64,000 nucleotides of DNA from Paramoeba atlantica. Taxonomy: Eukaryota > Protista > Discosea. The notes beneath the pieces are model-generated. The model was not told where the DNA came from and did not search any database. It saw only the letters and a program-made list of their open reading frames with translations. The position numbers and the translations under genes were made by a program. The stretch is from NCBI GenBank assembly GCA_977017575.1, contig CDRNVI010000019.1, positions 62,001 to 126,000 of the forward strand, written 5' to 3'. Positions 51,519-63,076 of the stretch are shown here, piece after piece; positions within the stretch are counted from its first letter, which is position 1, and every line of letters begins with the position of its first letter.

Positions 51519-53465
51519 CTATTCTTTAATAAAGGCCCGACAAAATTTATCCCGAATGTTAATTTCAGAGGTAGACTCTGAAGGGAGATTTAGCCCCAGT
51601 TCCAAAGCCATCTCATTTACATGGACTAGAAACGACAATACAGTTTGCTCCAGACAAAGTATTGTCTCCGAGTGAGCGTTCTTGAAAAATTGAACATGTT
51701 GAGAAGACGCAGAACGAATCAAATGTTTGTTGAGCCTTGCTGCCATCAATGCCAATGAATGTTCTAGATTGCGAAAACAATCTCTGATCGCATTCAAGGC
51801 TTTGTCTTTAGGCAAGCTTGAAAGACAAGATTTTACGCTCGAGACTGACTCCGCTAAGAAATTTTCACAACGGCAGGCTTTTCGTATTTTCGGAAACGAA
51901 TAAGTCAAAAGCATATCCGTAACATACTTCCTTTGAGAGAGCCTTTGAATTGAAATCCAGCGTTCCTTTGTGACCTCGCAAGCCTCGGAAAACGATTCTG
52001 CGTCGACCGCAGAAAAGGCAGACACCATATACATTGAATGAATATATTCTATCAATGGGGCATATTTTCCTTGTCTCAAGCAGTATGTTTTAAGAACGGA
52101 ATGTGACTCGTGATCCCACAGAGTCAATGAGATTAGTATGTCTTCCTTCTTTAGTCCTTTGCACGCTAAAGAAATTTGCGCCAAGTCGTGAAGAGCCGAG
52201 CCGTACTTCACAAAGTATGGAATCAAGGGTGTGTACAGGCATTTGTAAGGCAATAATAAAAATTTGTATGTCAGGTGAGCGGTTTTAGTTTTAATGCAAT
52301 CTTGAAGGTTTCGAATGTTCCACTCTAGTAACTCTCGTACGTATTCATTTTCGTTTGAAAATGTTTCTGGAAATTGTCGAGATAAAGCGAGAACGGAGAA
52401 CAAGTAGCCGAATGTGTCTTGATCAGTTATCCATCTGAGGAAAGAATTCCAAACCGAGATAAGAGAAGGCGTTTCCGTTTTGATGGTCAGATCTGTTGAA
52501 CCAAAAATACTCGACAAAACATTGTATGTACTTAGATGGAGTCTCTGACATAGCATGAATTCTGCTGATAAGATGTAGTACACTCTTTCCAACAAAATCG
52601 CATAAACGTGAGTTGCTGATTTCGGATACTTGCAAGATGAATTTACGTCCCGGTTCACTGCTAGCAAACCATCAGACAAAGCGATCTCTTGCAAAATGTG
52701 AATCGGTTTACTACAACGCTCTTTCTGCATTGATTTCAGTATGGACCCCAGTGTGCTTTGCAAAGCGCCAAAAAAAGCTTTGATTTCTCTGGAATATAAA
52801 GGCTTGATTCGATGTATATATTTTTCCTGTAAAAATGCGTGTCCATTTCGATCCAACACTTGAGGAAGAGTCTCAAAAAAATATTCACCGGGTAGAAGAT
52901 ATTTGGCGATTTGCTCATGGGAAGGCCAGTCAAGTCCACCGTGTGTAGCATTTTTACTCGTAGCAGCTTCGTGTATTCTGGATATTTGTTTTAGCTGTCT
53001 TTGAAAATTAGCAACAAATAAGGAATACAATGTATAGTTTTGTGAAATAAGTTCATTAACGTGGTCACGAAGACCTCCGAGACCGTACTTCGAATCTAGA
53101 GATTTTTTCTGGTAGGTGCTCGTCGCTGCCGCAACAAATTTTGCTGCTTCAGTGGCAATTAATATTCCACTCGGAGAATCGAATATCAGTTCACCTTGCA
53201 TTACAGATTGGAACGTATTTCTTACTGCGACCGGCAAGACAAAATCACACAAGATTTCCTGTAAACTTTCATGAACTGCGACAAGGTAGCTTTGTCTTTT
53301 TTGAAGTGTTGTGATATCTTCTTGAATACTTTCAACTGATTTGAGTTCTGCGTCGTATGTCTTTTTTAGTGTGAGCATTGAAGTTTCATAGTCGGAAGCC
53401 ATTTGAATTAATTCAGTCAAACTCTCTTCTGTATCAGCGAGTACGTCCTCGTAGCAAATCTCCAT
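51519..53465 (-). CDS. CATCHR tethering-complex subunit, Sec3/EXOC1-like
   Basis: N-terminal coiled coil (L.....Y...L..V....E.I..LQ....L......L..IL) and a YSREIK.FF motif; divergent. Confidence 0.45.
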   Translation of the reverse strand: MEICYEDVLADTEESLTELIQMASDYETSMLTLKKTYDAELKSVESIQEDITTLQKRQSYLVAVHESLQEILCDFVLPVAVRNTFQSVMQGELIFDSPSGILIATEAAKFVAAATSTYQKKSLDSKYGLGGLRDHVNELISQNYTLYSLFVANFQRQLKQISRIHEAATSKNATHGGLDWPSHEQIAKYLLPGEYFFETLPQVLDRNGHAFLQEKYIHRIKPLYSREIKAFFGALQSTLGSILKSMQKERCSKPIHILQEIALSDGLLAVNRDVNSSCKYPKSATHVYAILLERVYYILSAEFMLCQRLHLSTYNVLSSIFGSTDLTIKTETPSLISVWNSFLRWITDQDTFGYLFSVLALSRQFPETFSNENEYVRELLEWNIRNLQDCIKTKTAHLTYKFLLLPYKCLYTPLIPYFVKYGSALHDLAQISLACKGLKKEDILISLTLWDHESHSVLKTYCLRQGKYAPLIEYIHSMYMVSAFSAVDAESFSEACEVTKERWISIQRLSQRKYVTDMLLTYSFPKIRKACRCENFLAESVSSVKSCLSSLPKDKALNAIRDCFRNLEHSLALMAARLNKHLIRSASSQHVQFFKNAHSETILCLEQTVLSFLVHVNEMALELGLNLPSESTSEINIRDKFCRAFIKE

Positions 53466-53785
53466 GACTTGGAAGAACGGATCAAGTGATTGGTCTCAAT
53501 TCTAAAGCAAGATTATCTTTCCTCCGTCTATGTCACAATATGAAACTTCATGAAAATATGCTGAAGCAAGTAGGAATCACATTGAATTAGCTAAACGTTT
53601 TTAAAAAATCGCATCGAGTTAAACAACTAACTCTACAATTCTATTCTTTACTCTATATTATGATTGAGAAAAAATCAAGTTTCACTAGCCATGCAGAGTC
53701 ATACGATTTCTCTAAAAGGTCAGAACAGAAAGGAAGAAAGAAGGAAGATAATGTTTGCGCTATATTTGATGTCAAGAAATCACAC

Positions 53786-55030
53786 TCATCTGTCGACAAA
53801 GGAAATAAAATTCGGCCTCCTGCGGGAAGCGTAAATGGAAAGAAAAGGGTGATGACAAAGCTCAACTGCTGTGGGACGCCGAGCTGAATCGTAAGTGCAA
53901 CATTTCTCTACGAAGTCGCAACATAAAGGATCGATACCAATGTTGCTGGGCAGTTTCAAACGAAAACCGGGTTCCATTACCTTCGTCATGCACTCAAATA
54001 CTCGATCGGATACTGGATGCCGCCCGACCGCACAGTACCCGAGAAGGACTCCTAGGCTCCACACATCTGCAGGCAGGCCATACCCTGATTTAGGGACAAT
54101 TCTCTCTGGGGCGTAGTACAGTTGACTTCCCGTTGTTGTCATTGCGAGCTGCTGGCTAGTGGAAAGCAATCGAGAAACACCAAAATCACACACCTTGATT
54201 GTACTCTGTGTATTCACCAATACATTAGAAGGCTTTATATCACGGTGAATAATTTGCTTCGCATGCAATGCTTGCAGTGCATGAACTATGGCAGATGCCA
54301 CCTGACTTAAATCCTCATTGCAGAGACGACCACATGCCATAGCGGTTGACCCTGTACAAAGCGAACATTTGCAGTATCTGTGACCTTCCGCAAGGTGTTC
54401 CTGGCATGCCGGTCGGAGACACTGCTCTCGCAACGCGTGTAGCACGTCTGTAAGAGATCCCAAGTCCATTAACTCCATGAGCACCTTCATTTTAGCTCCA
54501 TGAGTCCACACCTCATATACTTCTATTACAAATGACGAATCGACGTTTTCAAAGAGCGTGACTAATTCTGCTGCGTAAGCCTTGAAACCTTGATCGGTTC
54601 CTGGCGAAGAGTGCCCACCGCCGAGCGCACCTGGATCAAATTCTTTCAATGCGTATAATTTCCCCGTAGGCTGATGACGTACCTTGTAAACGGTTCCTTG
54701 ATCACCTTGCCCGAGTGCTTCTCTCCGATTCACGTACCTAAAATCCCGGAGATGAAAGCGTCCACACGAGCTGCATAATATCGTCCAATGTTGTGTCGGA
54801 ATTCGTAGTTGCATAGGTAATACTGATACAGTTGATTTCGAAATTGGTGCCTCATCGTTGTTTACCTCTTCGACAAGAGTGCCGTCTGCTCTATACACAG
54901 GAAGTTCCTGACTTTCGAGTCCTAGACGAGGCTTAGTTTGAGAACGCATTTTGTGAGTTACTGAAATTCTTAGAAGTGATAAAATGCTGCCTAATCGTAT
55001 TCTTAAAGTGGCTAACTGAGACCTGTGCAT
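53786..55030 (-). CDS. STE7-family (MAP2K-like) protein kinase
   Basis: LGQGDQGTVYKV.H.PTG..YALK, MELMDLGSL, HRDIKPSNVLVN, KVCDFGVS, G...Y.APERI, DVWSLG. Confidence 0.88.
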   Translation of the reverse strand: MHRSQLATLRIRLGSILSLLRISVTHKMRSQTKPRLGLESQELPVYRADGTLVEEVNNDEAPISKSTVSVLPMQLRIPTQHWTILCSSCGRFHLRDFRYVNRREALGQGDQGTVYKVRHQPTGKLYALKEFDPGALGGGHSSPGTDQGFKAYAAELVTLFENVDSSFVIEVYEVWTHGAKMKVLMELMDLGSLTDVLHALREQCLRPACQEHLAEGHRYCKCSLCTGSTAMACGRLCNEDLSQVASAIVHALQALHAKQIIHRDIKPSNVLVNTQSTIKVCDFGVSRLLSTSQQLAMTTTGSQLYYAPERIVPKSGYGLPADVWSLGVLLGYCAVGRHPVSDRVFECMTKVMEPGFRLKLPSNIGIDPLCCDFVEKCCTYDSARRPTAVELCHHPFLSIYASRRRPNFISFVDR

Positions 55031-55265
55031 TCTGGCCGTCCAAAACTAAAATCGAAACTACCCATTAGAATTTCTTTATGACATGCGTTTACAAAATTTT
55101 ATACGCGTGTACTCACACCTTTTCATTTAAGTTTCTCTACCCAGATAATACGATTTTTGTTTTTGGAATTCCAACCTGTAAACTTGTATCAAAAAGAGAG
55201 TTATTCCTTAGAAGCACTAAAGCAAAGTTAACATCGCTTCGATTGCATTCGTCGACAAATGAATA

Positions 55266-55685
55266 TCACCAGCAGATTTTCAGTAGTTTGCATGTGACAG
55301 GTTTAGTGTTCAGAGTTAAAGATTTCAGAAAACGTCTTGCATCTTTTGAACTCACGTTGTGCTCATATTCTTTCCACAAAGTCTTCCTCGAAAGAAAGAC
55401 CACCCCATTCATGCTTTGCATTCGCACGAAAAAAGATATAGCGGCCAAAGCATCGCTTCCTAAAGCGTTCAGAATCATTTGAGGATCCAATGACGCTAAC
55501 GAAGTTGTACTAGATGGCATTTGTTGCGGCGACTGAGGCGTTAATGGAGATGTCAAAGCACCGCTACGTAGGCATTGACGGTGTAACAAAGCATAGCATG
55601 CAACTCCTTGTCGCACTGAGAAAAGGTTTGTAAAGGTTCGACCCAGCGGAGGTTGCGCTATGTAGACACACCTTGTGCGAAACAT
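55266..55685 (-). CDS. Hypothetical protein
   Basis: 139-aa ORF on the coding strand filling the gap between genes; no motif recognised. Confidence 0.4.
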   Translation of the reverse strand: MFRTRCVYIAQPPLGRTFTNLFSVRQGVACYALLHRQCLRSGALTSPLTPQSPQQMPSSTTSLASLDPQMILNALGSDALAAISFFVRMQSMNGVVFLSRKTLWKEYEHNVSSKDARRFLKSLTLNTKPVTCKLLKICW

Positions 55686-56711
55686 GTCCAAATGGTAGAC
55701 AACGTGATTTTAGAAAGCAGAAATAATCCAAACACACAGAAAGTATGAAAGAAGGTACGGTGTATCTTTTGTTTAAAACACTGATAAAATTCAATTGTTC
55801 AATGTAACCGACGATTACATTCTTTTAAAATTCAGTGCTGTGTTCTTCCATCATCTCCAAAATCCATTCCCTACAAAGAGGGATGATAGCACTGCAAAGG
55901 AAAGGGCTGCAGTAAAAGCCCCCGTAACACAACGTCTTATTTGATCTCTAAAGCAATAAATCGTTTTTCTCATTTTTATTGAACAGTATACTGACGTACA
56001 GTAAACAAAAAAATGATGAACATACATAGAAGCACAACTATTTTTCTCATAATGTGCGCTCAGGCTGTACCACAATATGTGGTATTAGATCCGTACAAGC
56101 AACACCCAGAGTTGCGCACCATCGCGGTAAGAGGGTGGCAAGAATGCTGGAGAGGCAGGCGCCTGTGGGATCGACGTTGAGCCCGGATGCCGTGCGCGGC
56201 AGTGGTGCCTCCACGGCATCCCCTCCGGAGGTCATGGCACACAGGGCAGCACTCAAAGCATTGCGTTGAGTGCCGACAACCATGGAGGTGACGCCACTCG
56301 GGACGCAACGACTGGTGCATACCTCCAGAGGAGGCAACCCCGCAGCGTGACGCAGGAAGGCGTGTTGCACGCGTTTAGAAAAGGAGGGGAGGGTGGGGAG
56401 ACTACTGCAGGCACCAATGTGCCGGTTTATGGTTTTCTGGAAATAGTAGGAATAGGCAAGGGGGGGAAGTTTCCCGCAATGGTGGCTAAACATGGGAACA
56501 ATACGATAGTGTATGAACAAAAAGTATTAGTGGTGTTAGGCATGCAGGGTAATTACTAAATACTACATTCTGGTCTTTCTACTTTTCTCTTTTATTTGTT
56601 CCTTCAAAAACGTTTGACTCCAAAGCTGTACACCAGTTTATGAAACCGAAATTAAAGGAATTCTTTGGAAATTAATATCACATACCTTGAGTGTAATTTA
56701 TAAGGTACTAT

Positions 56712-57821
56712 CTATGCTAACGCAGCGCTGTGAAATTTATCAAGTGTACTTTGAATACGAATGCTCACTGTGTTGTCTTCAACTTGGCTTCCCTTTTCTG
56801 TTTCAGACGCCTTATAGAAGCCCCAGTTTTTCTTCAAGTATCGATTACAAGCCACGCCCGGCTGGTGCACGGGACAATATAGCACAGTGTAAAAAGGCTT
56901 GTGAATTTGACTTGTGTCATGAGCGTGTATCTCAGCAGTTACGGAACTCGGTGTACGAGGATCATTATGAAAAACAAACCAACGAAATAGTTGGGAGAAC
57001 GTAATCGCAGAGTGATTGTCCAAAATAACTCTTAATGAAGATCCAAGACAGTGTGGGATCTCCGAATGTTTCGTATCAAAGTGTGAGCTCAGGCACATAC
57101 ACACAAATTTCAGTGCGTTGATACTGTTATGCTCTTGTACATCAAGAGGAGACAACGACAGTAGGGCATTTGCGGCGTCCGTCGTGCTACCTGATTCGGT
57201 CTGCGACCCGGATATGGCCTTCCAGCACAATCTCCGCTCTGCGTATGACTTCGGATTCCAACTCACTCTCACTAGGACCTTCGACGGTATAGAGTATGCG
57301 TATATCCAAGTATCTGTCCGATACGCCTGAGTAACTATGTCGTGACGCAAAATGTCATTTCGAAAGGCATCAGAGTGAGCATTTCGTATTTTCCAAATGT
57401 CTATTTCACTAGTGGTTAGCCTGAGTGAAACATGTTTGACCTCATTGAAGGCGTAGTTGGACTCAATAAAATATATCCGTCTTGCGTTTGGGAACGATAC
57501 GAGGCGTTGAAGATGCGGGTGAGCGTTAATATCCTTCCAGCGAGGATTGATGAGATTGAATCTGCCATAAACAACCTGGTACTTTTCCTCTTCTGTTAAT
57601 TTTTGAAAACTAGAACTCCAAAAAACTCGATTTCCAAAGAGCCCAGCAAAGTATTTTACGCCACATCCTCGTCGCCAATGATTTGACGAAGTCATGGCAC
57701 CTCCGCGGTATCGATCGCGTATAGGATTCCATCGTGGATTGCTACTTCCCCACAGATGCCTCTTTTTCTTTCTTCTGTCAAATGTAACTATCGTGCTCCG
57801 AAACTTTCGACGAAAAGTCAT
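56712..57821 (-). CDS. Hypothetical basic protein, likely mitochondrial
   Basis: 369 aa from the ATG at 57821 (track start is TTG). Very R/K/W-rich N-terminal half; possibly mitoribosomal, but unverified. Confidence 0.6.
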   Translation of the reverse strand: MTFRRKFRSTIVTFDRRKKKRHLWGSSNPRWNPIRDRYRGGAMTSSNHWRRGCGVKYFAGLFGNRVFWSSSFQKLTEEEKYQVVYGRFNLINPRWKDINAHPHLQRLVSFPNARRIYFIESNYAFNEVKHVSLRLTTSEIDIWKIRNAHSDAFRNDILRHDIVTQAYRTDTWIYAYSIPSKVLVRVSWNPKSYAERRLCWKAISGSQTESGSTTDAANALLSLSPLDVQEHNSINALKFVCMCLSSHFDTKHSEIPHCLGSSLRVILDNHSAITFSQLFRWFVFHNDPRTPSSVTAEIHAHDTSQIHKPFYTVLYCPVHQPGVACNRYLKKNWGFYKASETEKGSQVEDNTVSIRIQSTLDKFHSAALA

Positions 57822-58126
57822 AAGTTCATATAAACCCAAGAACAGTAAATAAGTTCCTAAAGATCAATATGGGGTATTAAAAGTAAGCACCCAAAACATA
57901 GAAAGATAAGAGCCTATTAAATAGTCAGAGAACTTTTATGAATGCTGAACAATGCGCATGTGAGTTTTTCTTTGGTCTAGGAATGAGATAGGAACAGAAG
58001 AATTAGATAGACAAAAAAATACTTGACTGACAAGATTCATACAAGATTATACAGGTTGCATACAGCCTCTACATGGTTGTATACAAGCCTGTACATGGTT
58101 TACGGTAATAGCGTATTTTAAGTCTT

Positions 58127-60721
58127 TCACTCTAAGTAAGCATAAAATCCTGGACGCATTTTTTCCCGGTGCAAAAATTCTTGCTGTATCAACTGCTCTA
58201 CGCAATGGAGGACAAATTCAGACTGTACTATAAATCTATGGCATGTGTTGTCTTTCACGTGATTCAAAATTTCTTGTTGAGAAATCAATTTGGCCTTTTT
58301 TGCAAGAGAAATAATCAGTGCTCGTATAGTATGGCGTCGATCTTCGATCATTCTTTCATGTTTATTGAGTGATTCTGGACACTCATACTCTTGATTTTGG
58401 GGGCTAAGTAAGCGGGGCAGAAAATATTTCCTTGGCCAGCAAGATGGAGCTTCAGACGCGATACGGTAGTACGAATTGATATCTGAACATGAATCCTCAA
58501 ATAATTTTTCAAGCATGCCACAGGCAACAAGCTGGTCAAGCAGAGAACTGGCCTCGCCTGGGGTCAAAGAACACCGTTCTTGTACGTAAGATTTCGATAT
58601 AATCTCAGGAGTATTTGGCGAATGCGAAGCGCATTCAAGTGAGTTATTAAAACAGGTTAATAATACAGAAGCTTGCAAAGTGGTGCAATAAATAGATACA
58701 GCGCCTCCAAAAGCTGAGAGTTCGACAATTCCCGAGTTCGGAAGAAGTACAAGCTTTCTTCCGCTGTACTTAAGTTGATAGCGCAAGGTAAAATCGGAGT
58801 AAGATTTCATCAGTTCGGGCGCTACAAGCGCTCCAGAGTATTCAGACTCCGACAGATTTGGCCAGCAACCGGTAGTTGCTACTAGAAATTTAGCAGGAGT
58901 CGTAACAAAGTGACAATAATCGGATTGTAAAGGAGACTCCACCAAAGCACAAGCGACATCGTAAATAACAGTTTGTAAGTGAAATAAGCATTGTTGCGAA
59001 ACATTGTCTTCTAGATCGGCTAACAACCTTGCCAAGCCGTCCACACTTCGTGCCAATACTTCGACATTTGCATTTGCTGTACTCCGAGACCACATGGATA
59101 AAAGTAACCGCACTGCTTCCTCGTGTAGCATTTCTTCGAAAGAGTCCTTATTTTGCACGTAAGTGATAAGCTGGACGGATGATTTCAAATTAGCTGAGCT
59201 CTCAGAACCAGGTTTAAATTGCATTTCAAGAATTAGTGCATTGGAGCTATCTGTAGTACCCGCGTGTACGTCACTGACGATACCAAAATCAGTAAGAAGA
59301 GTATGGCACAAAGCTTCAGAAAAGGAAGTTGACAATTCATTCACTATTACGTGAAGTAATTTTTGTAATACGTTTAGCATATCCTGCGAGAAACTTGCTC
59401 GGCGCGTACCTTCTTCCAAGATGGTGTGATACGTCAGAACCGTACATACAACGGCTTTCTTGTCAGTTTGCACGAATGATAGTTTCTCTGTGGCTTCACT
59501 CTTCATAGTTTCATATATTTTCGTACTCAAATACGATTCTTGCAAGCACAATTGCGCTGCCTTTTGTATTTTGTCCCAGAGGCTAAAGTCCTTGCCCTTC
59601 AATGCGTTAACACCGTGCGCAATTATGGTGGATAGATGTGGCTTCAATAAAGTATCTACACACACACTCTGTATTTTTGGTCTTGAGCTTTGTTTTAGAC
59701 TGGTAAAAACTAACTTATCCAGGTGAGATGCTACGCAAAAATACATTTCAAGAAATGTGCGCACGTGATTTGCGTTGCTGAATGTTAGAATCTTAGAACG
59801 CTCTTGAAAGAGTAGTTCCGTTAAGTGATCTAAAAAGGGAAGTTCAATAATTCGTTCATATTCAGTGCGTATCGTGCGTTCAGGGGAAGCAATGTTTTGA
59901 GAAATGGCTTCTCTATTTGACTGGAACGCACTAGCAGCAGGTAAATTAGAGGTTGGCATTGCAGCAGTTGTGCCTTCCAGACAAAAGTTTTCGGATTCAT
60001 TTGCACCTTGCTCCGATGGGAAAGTGCGGATTCTGAATTGGGGCTCCTGTTCAACTCTATCACTCGTTGGATGGCTTTCGGATTCGCGGCCTACACTTTG
60101 GGCATCCGCGTTATTTTCTAACAAAACTAGCAGAGATGTCAGGTTGCGCAACCGATCCCATTCAGAAACAATATCCAGAGACAACTCCTGTCCAGATAAA
60201 GCCCTAACACTGGGAAATGCTTTATCAAAATTTCCAATTTCACGGGAAGGACGTACTACTGAACTTAAGAAGACCGACTCAACTATGCGACGTATTTTAT
60301 CAGAACTGGGCACGCCAATGGAAATATTTTTTCGATACGAAGCAGAAGCGTACGAAGTAATATGAGTAGAAAAGCGCGTCAAACGCTCGTGAAGCCCAAG
60401 AATATCATCGACACTTTTTGGTACGACAGAAGAGCAGTATACACCTAGAAGTGTGGCCAGAGTTTTGTGCATTAAGTCGAATTCTTTCTCCAATAAGAAA
60501 TTCAGTGCCTCGGTCAGCGATTGAACTGTAGGAAGGACGGCGCCCGTGTCTAAGTCTTTGTCTACAAGCCCTTTGAATTCACAAATAAGAACGTGATGAC
60601 AGTACTGACATAAGGTATGGGTGTACGACTGTGTCACTTTGGTGTTGTAGTGAGCTGTCCGCATCTGATAAACTGCAGCAATCGTTTTTTCGTTGTCTGA
60701 TTTTGCTCGAGTCCGGACCAT
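58127..60721 (-). CDS. Divergent cullin
   Basis: NKDSFE..L...AVRLL, VATTGCWP, RKL.L....G.VEL, T.QA.VLL.CFN, and the C-terminal winged helix EDRR..I.A.I...K.......RF......VE.LI..EFL.R......Y.Y. Confidence 0.8.
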   Translation of the reverse strand: MVRTRAKSDNEKTIAAVYQMRTAHYNTKVTQSYTHTLCQYCHHVLICEFKGLVDKDLDTGAVLPTVQSLTEALNFLLEKEFDLMHKTLATLLGVYCSSVVPKSVDDILGLHERLTRFSTHITSYASASYRKNISIGVPSSDKIRRIVESVFLSSVVRPSREIGNFDKAFPSVRALSGQELSLDIVSEWDRLRNLTSLLVLLENNADAQSVGRESESHPTSDRVEQEPQFRIRTFPSEQGANESENFCLEGTTAAMPTSNLPAASAFQSNREAISQNIASPERTIRTEYERIIELPFLDHLTELLFQERSKILTFSNANHVRTFLEMYFCVASHLDKLVFTSLKQSSRPKIQSVCVDTLLKPHLSTIIAHGVNALKGKDFSLWDKIQKAAQLCLQESYLSTKIYETMKSEATEKLSFVQTDKKAVVCTVLTYHTILEEGTRRASFSQDMLNVLQKLLHVIVNELSTSFSEALCHTLLTDFGIVSDVHAGTTDSSNALILEMQFKPGSESSANLKSSVQLITYVQNKDSFEEMLHEEAVRLLLSMWSRSTANANVEVLARSVDGLARLLADLEDNVSQQCLFHLQTVIYDVACALVESPLQSDYCHFVTTPAKFLVATTGCWPNLSESEYSGALVAPELMKSYSDFTLRYQLKYSGRKLVLLPNSGIVELSAFGGAVSIYCTTLQASVLLTCFNNSLECASHSPNTPEIISKSYVQERCSLTPGEASSLLDQLVACGMLEKLFEDSCSDINSYYRIASEAPSCWPRKYFLPRLLSPQNQEYECPESLNKHERMIEDRRHTIRALIISLAKKAKLISQQEILNHVKDNTCHRFIVQSEFVLHCVEQLIQQEFLHREKMRPGFYAYLE

Positions 60722-61127
60722 TACATCATAAATAATGTACTAGTGGTTTTGCAATTGCATACTACTTACACATAGTATGATACATTCCGAAGTATTAATA
60801 ATTACGCGAAGTACATGTGAATGATACATGACGGGAAGTAAACATTGGGAAATCAGAAAATATCAAAATTAAAGACATTCAGCGTCAAGGAAGAGAGAAT
60901 TCTTTTGTGATAACTTAAGATAATAGTACAAGTCAGTTAAGTATAAACATGGGTAACATTGTACAACTACTTCTAGTACATATTCCGCGACATTTGCTAG
61001 ATGACACAGGTTTATAGCTAATCGTGTGAAATCTGTAATCACTCATTGCCAGTGGATTAGACTCCTTGTCAGTGACATAGACGTTTATCTTAAAATTATA
61101 AGATCATCGTGCATCATCCCCCATAAG

Positions 61128-62057
61128 CTAGACCACAGCAGTCCGTTTTACTCGCCGAGGTTTGGGAGGTTGTATGTCATTTGGAATATAATAGTTCTTC
61201 ATGAGAAACGGATGCTTTATAATTTCCGAAAGAGTGGGTCGCTTCCGTCCATCTTTTCGCAAAAGTGCCAATATAAATTGCTTGGCATCAGCTGGTACAC
61301 TTGCCGGAATTTCGTATTGCATTGATGCAATTTTGCGCATGACCGCGCGATCGCTCTCGTCCTTAAATGGAGTGCGACCCACAAGCATCTCGTAGCAAAA
61401 AATACCAATACACCACAGATCCGCAGATCCTGTGTAGGAGCCATGTTCAACGATCTCCGGTGGAAAGTATTCCGGCGTCCCGCACATCGTTTTCCGCTCC
61501 ATTGCGGGTGTGTGAACGGACCAACCAAAGTCCGCAAGCTTAATGTTGTCTTGATCATTTAGGAGGATGTTCTCCGGCTTGATGTCACGATGTATAACTC
61601 GGTGCTCGTGGAGATATTTGAGTGCCTCAGTGAGCTGGGCGACGTATTTAGCAGTCTGCGCAACACTGAAGGTTCCAACTTTTTGAAATTTGGAGTAAAG
61701 CATACCCCCGAAGCAGGGCTCAAGTATAAGATAAATATCTGTTTCAGTCCAGAAGTACCCGTAGGTGCGCAACAAGTAAGGGTGCCTGGTGTGGTATGCG
61801 ATTTCTATTTCTCTCCGTAATTGGCTGTACATGCGCATTTCGACAAGTCTTTTGATGCTCATACGTTTTAACGCAACGATATAGTTACTCTTCACTTCAC
61901 ATGCCAGGTACACATCACCATATTGTCCGCTACCAATTTTTTGCAGTAGTTGAAAGTCGCTCTCCTGCCAGTCGTCCCGCGGACGATCAGGAACAACAAT
62001 ACAGTTCTGAACCACACGGCCCGCTGAGTTATTATTTCCGTAGGTTGTAAATGACAT
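61128..62057 (-). CDS. Aurora kinase
   Basis: DF.L...IG.G.YG.VYLA, QLRREIEI, HRDIKPENILL, ADFGWSVH, RKTMCGTPEYFPPE. Confidence 0.93.
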   Translation of the reverse strand: MSFTTYGNNNSAGRVVQNCIVVPDRPRDDWQESDFQLLQKIGSGQYGDVYLACEVKSNYIVALKRMSIKRLVEMRMYSQLRREIEIAYHTRHPYLLRTYGYFWTETDIYLILEPCFGGMLYSKFQKVGTFSVAQTAKYVAQLTEALKYLHEHRVIHRDIKPENILLNDQDNIKLADFGWSVHTPAMERKTMCGTPEYFPPEIVEHGSYTGSADLWCIGIFCYEMLVGRTPFKDESDRAVMRKIASMQYEIPASVPADAKQFILALLRKDGRKRPTLSEIIKHPFLMKNYYIPNDIQPPKPRRVKRTAVV

Positions 62058-62294
62058 GCTCTTTGGAACAGAATAAATTTCTTACGCGAAATCAATGTTT
62101 TATTAGAATTGTTTTGTTCGTCACTCCCCTATTTTCAACTTAACCCCATATTTTCATTAGGTTTCATTAGAACTTTGGTTCTAATATTAAGAAACAGGCT
62201 CATTTGGTATACTATTGACTCAGTCAATTCGACTGTTGAAAGGATAACCTTGTAACTTTAGTTTACAGAGAAGAATTGTCCTGAGCTTCACACA

Positions 62295-62864
62295 TTATTT
62301 ACAGTTCAAAAGTAAGAAGCTAGTCAGAAAGGCGCCACAAGTAGTCAAACATATCGTTGAGTATGTTACCCAGAGAAAGTCTTCTCGACGCCCTGTTGGG
62401 ATTTCTGTTATTATTGTATTGTTCGGCTGCCTCACTCCTACTTGTTTTACTCCCACGTAGGCCTGAAAGTTAGGTGAAATATACCTTGTTGCTGAATGTG
62501 CAGAGGTATCTGGATCAGCGTAACGAAAATGAATGGGAAGACTGACATCAAAAGTACCGTTTGTATTACATAACGGCATTATACGAACCTCATACAATTG
62601 TGTTGCTTCATTTTCAGACCGCTCGATGTCTATCGGAGTATTAGCCTCGATCGCACTTGCTTCAATACCTCCCTCACTAGTATCAATATAAAATTGTCTG
62701 GATAAAGGCATTATCAGCGAAAGTGAGTTACACGACTTGTATAAGTAATGTGAGGTCGCACAAGCATTTCTATTCGCAGAAGCATTCAAATCTCCGTGAA
62801 TGCGAAGCTGGCGATGAAAACCGATGCCTATTAAACTCCAGGCGATTGCCACGATTATACTCAT
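62295..62864 (-). CDS. PIG-X/PBN1-like GPI biosynthesis protein
   Basis: IDIE, LPIHFRY, ..IPTG, and a C-terminal TM helix; pattern recollection only. Confidence 0.5.
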   Translation of the reverse strand: MSIIVAIAWSLIGIGFHRQLRIHGDLNASANRNACATSHYLYKSCNSLSLIMPLSRQFYIDTSEGGIEASAIEANTPIDIERSENEATQLYEVRIMPLCNTNGTFDVSLPIHFRYADPDTSAHSATRYISPNFQAYVGVKQVGVRQPNNTIITEIPTGRREDFLWVTYSTICLTTCGAFLTSFLLLNCK

Positions 62865-63076
62865 AAAAGGGCCGTCTTAAAACACGTATTGATTTGCAAA
62901 AGCTACACTAACTGGACTTTGTACTCACTTTATAAAAAATAATGGGTCTCCTAAGGCTCACATAATACACATGTTGTCAAACAGAATGAGAGTAAGGCTA
63001 TAGATAGGAATCCGTTCAAGCAAAAATATGCATAGAAATAGAGAACACTAGTCACACATCTAAATCCGACTATCCA

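Noticed and set aside
56047-56559. GC-rich overlapping ORFs on both strands
   Set aside because: No recognisable domain and no way to choose a frame; possibly a small gene or pseudogene but unsupported.
454-58100. Short two-copy duplications (454/483, 15353, 27791/27820, 29541/29560, 45804/45825, 58070)
   Set aside because: These are 12-20-bp local slippage duplications in intergenic DNA with no shared consensus.
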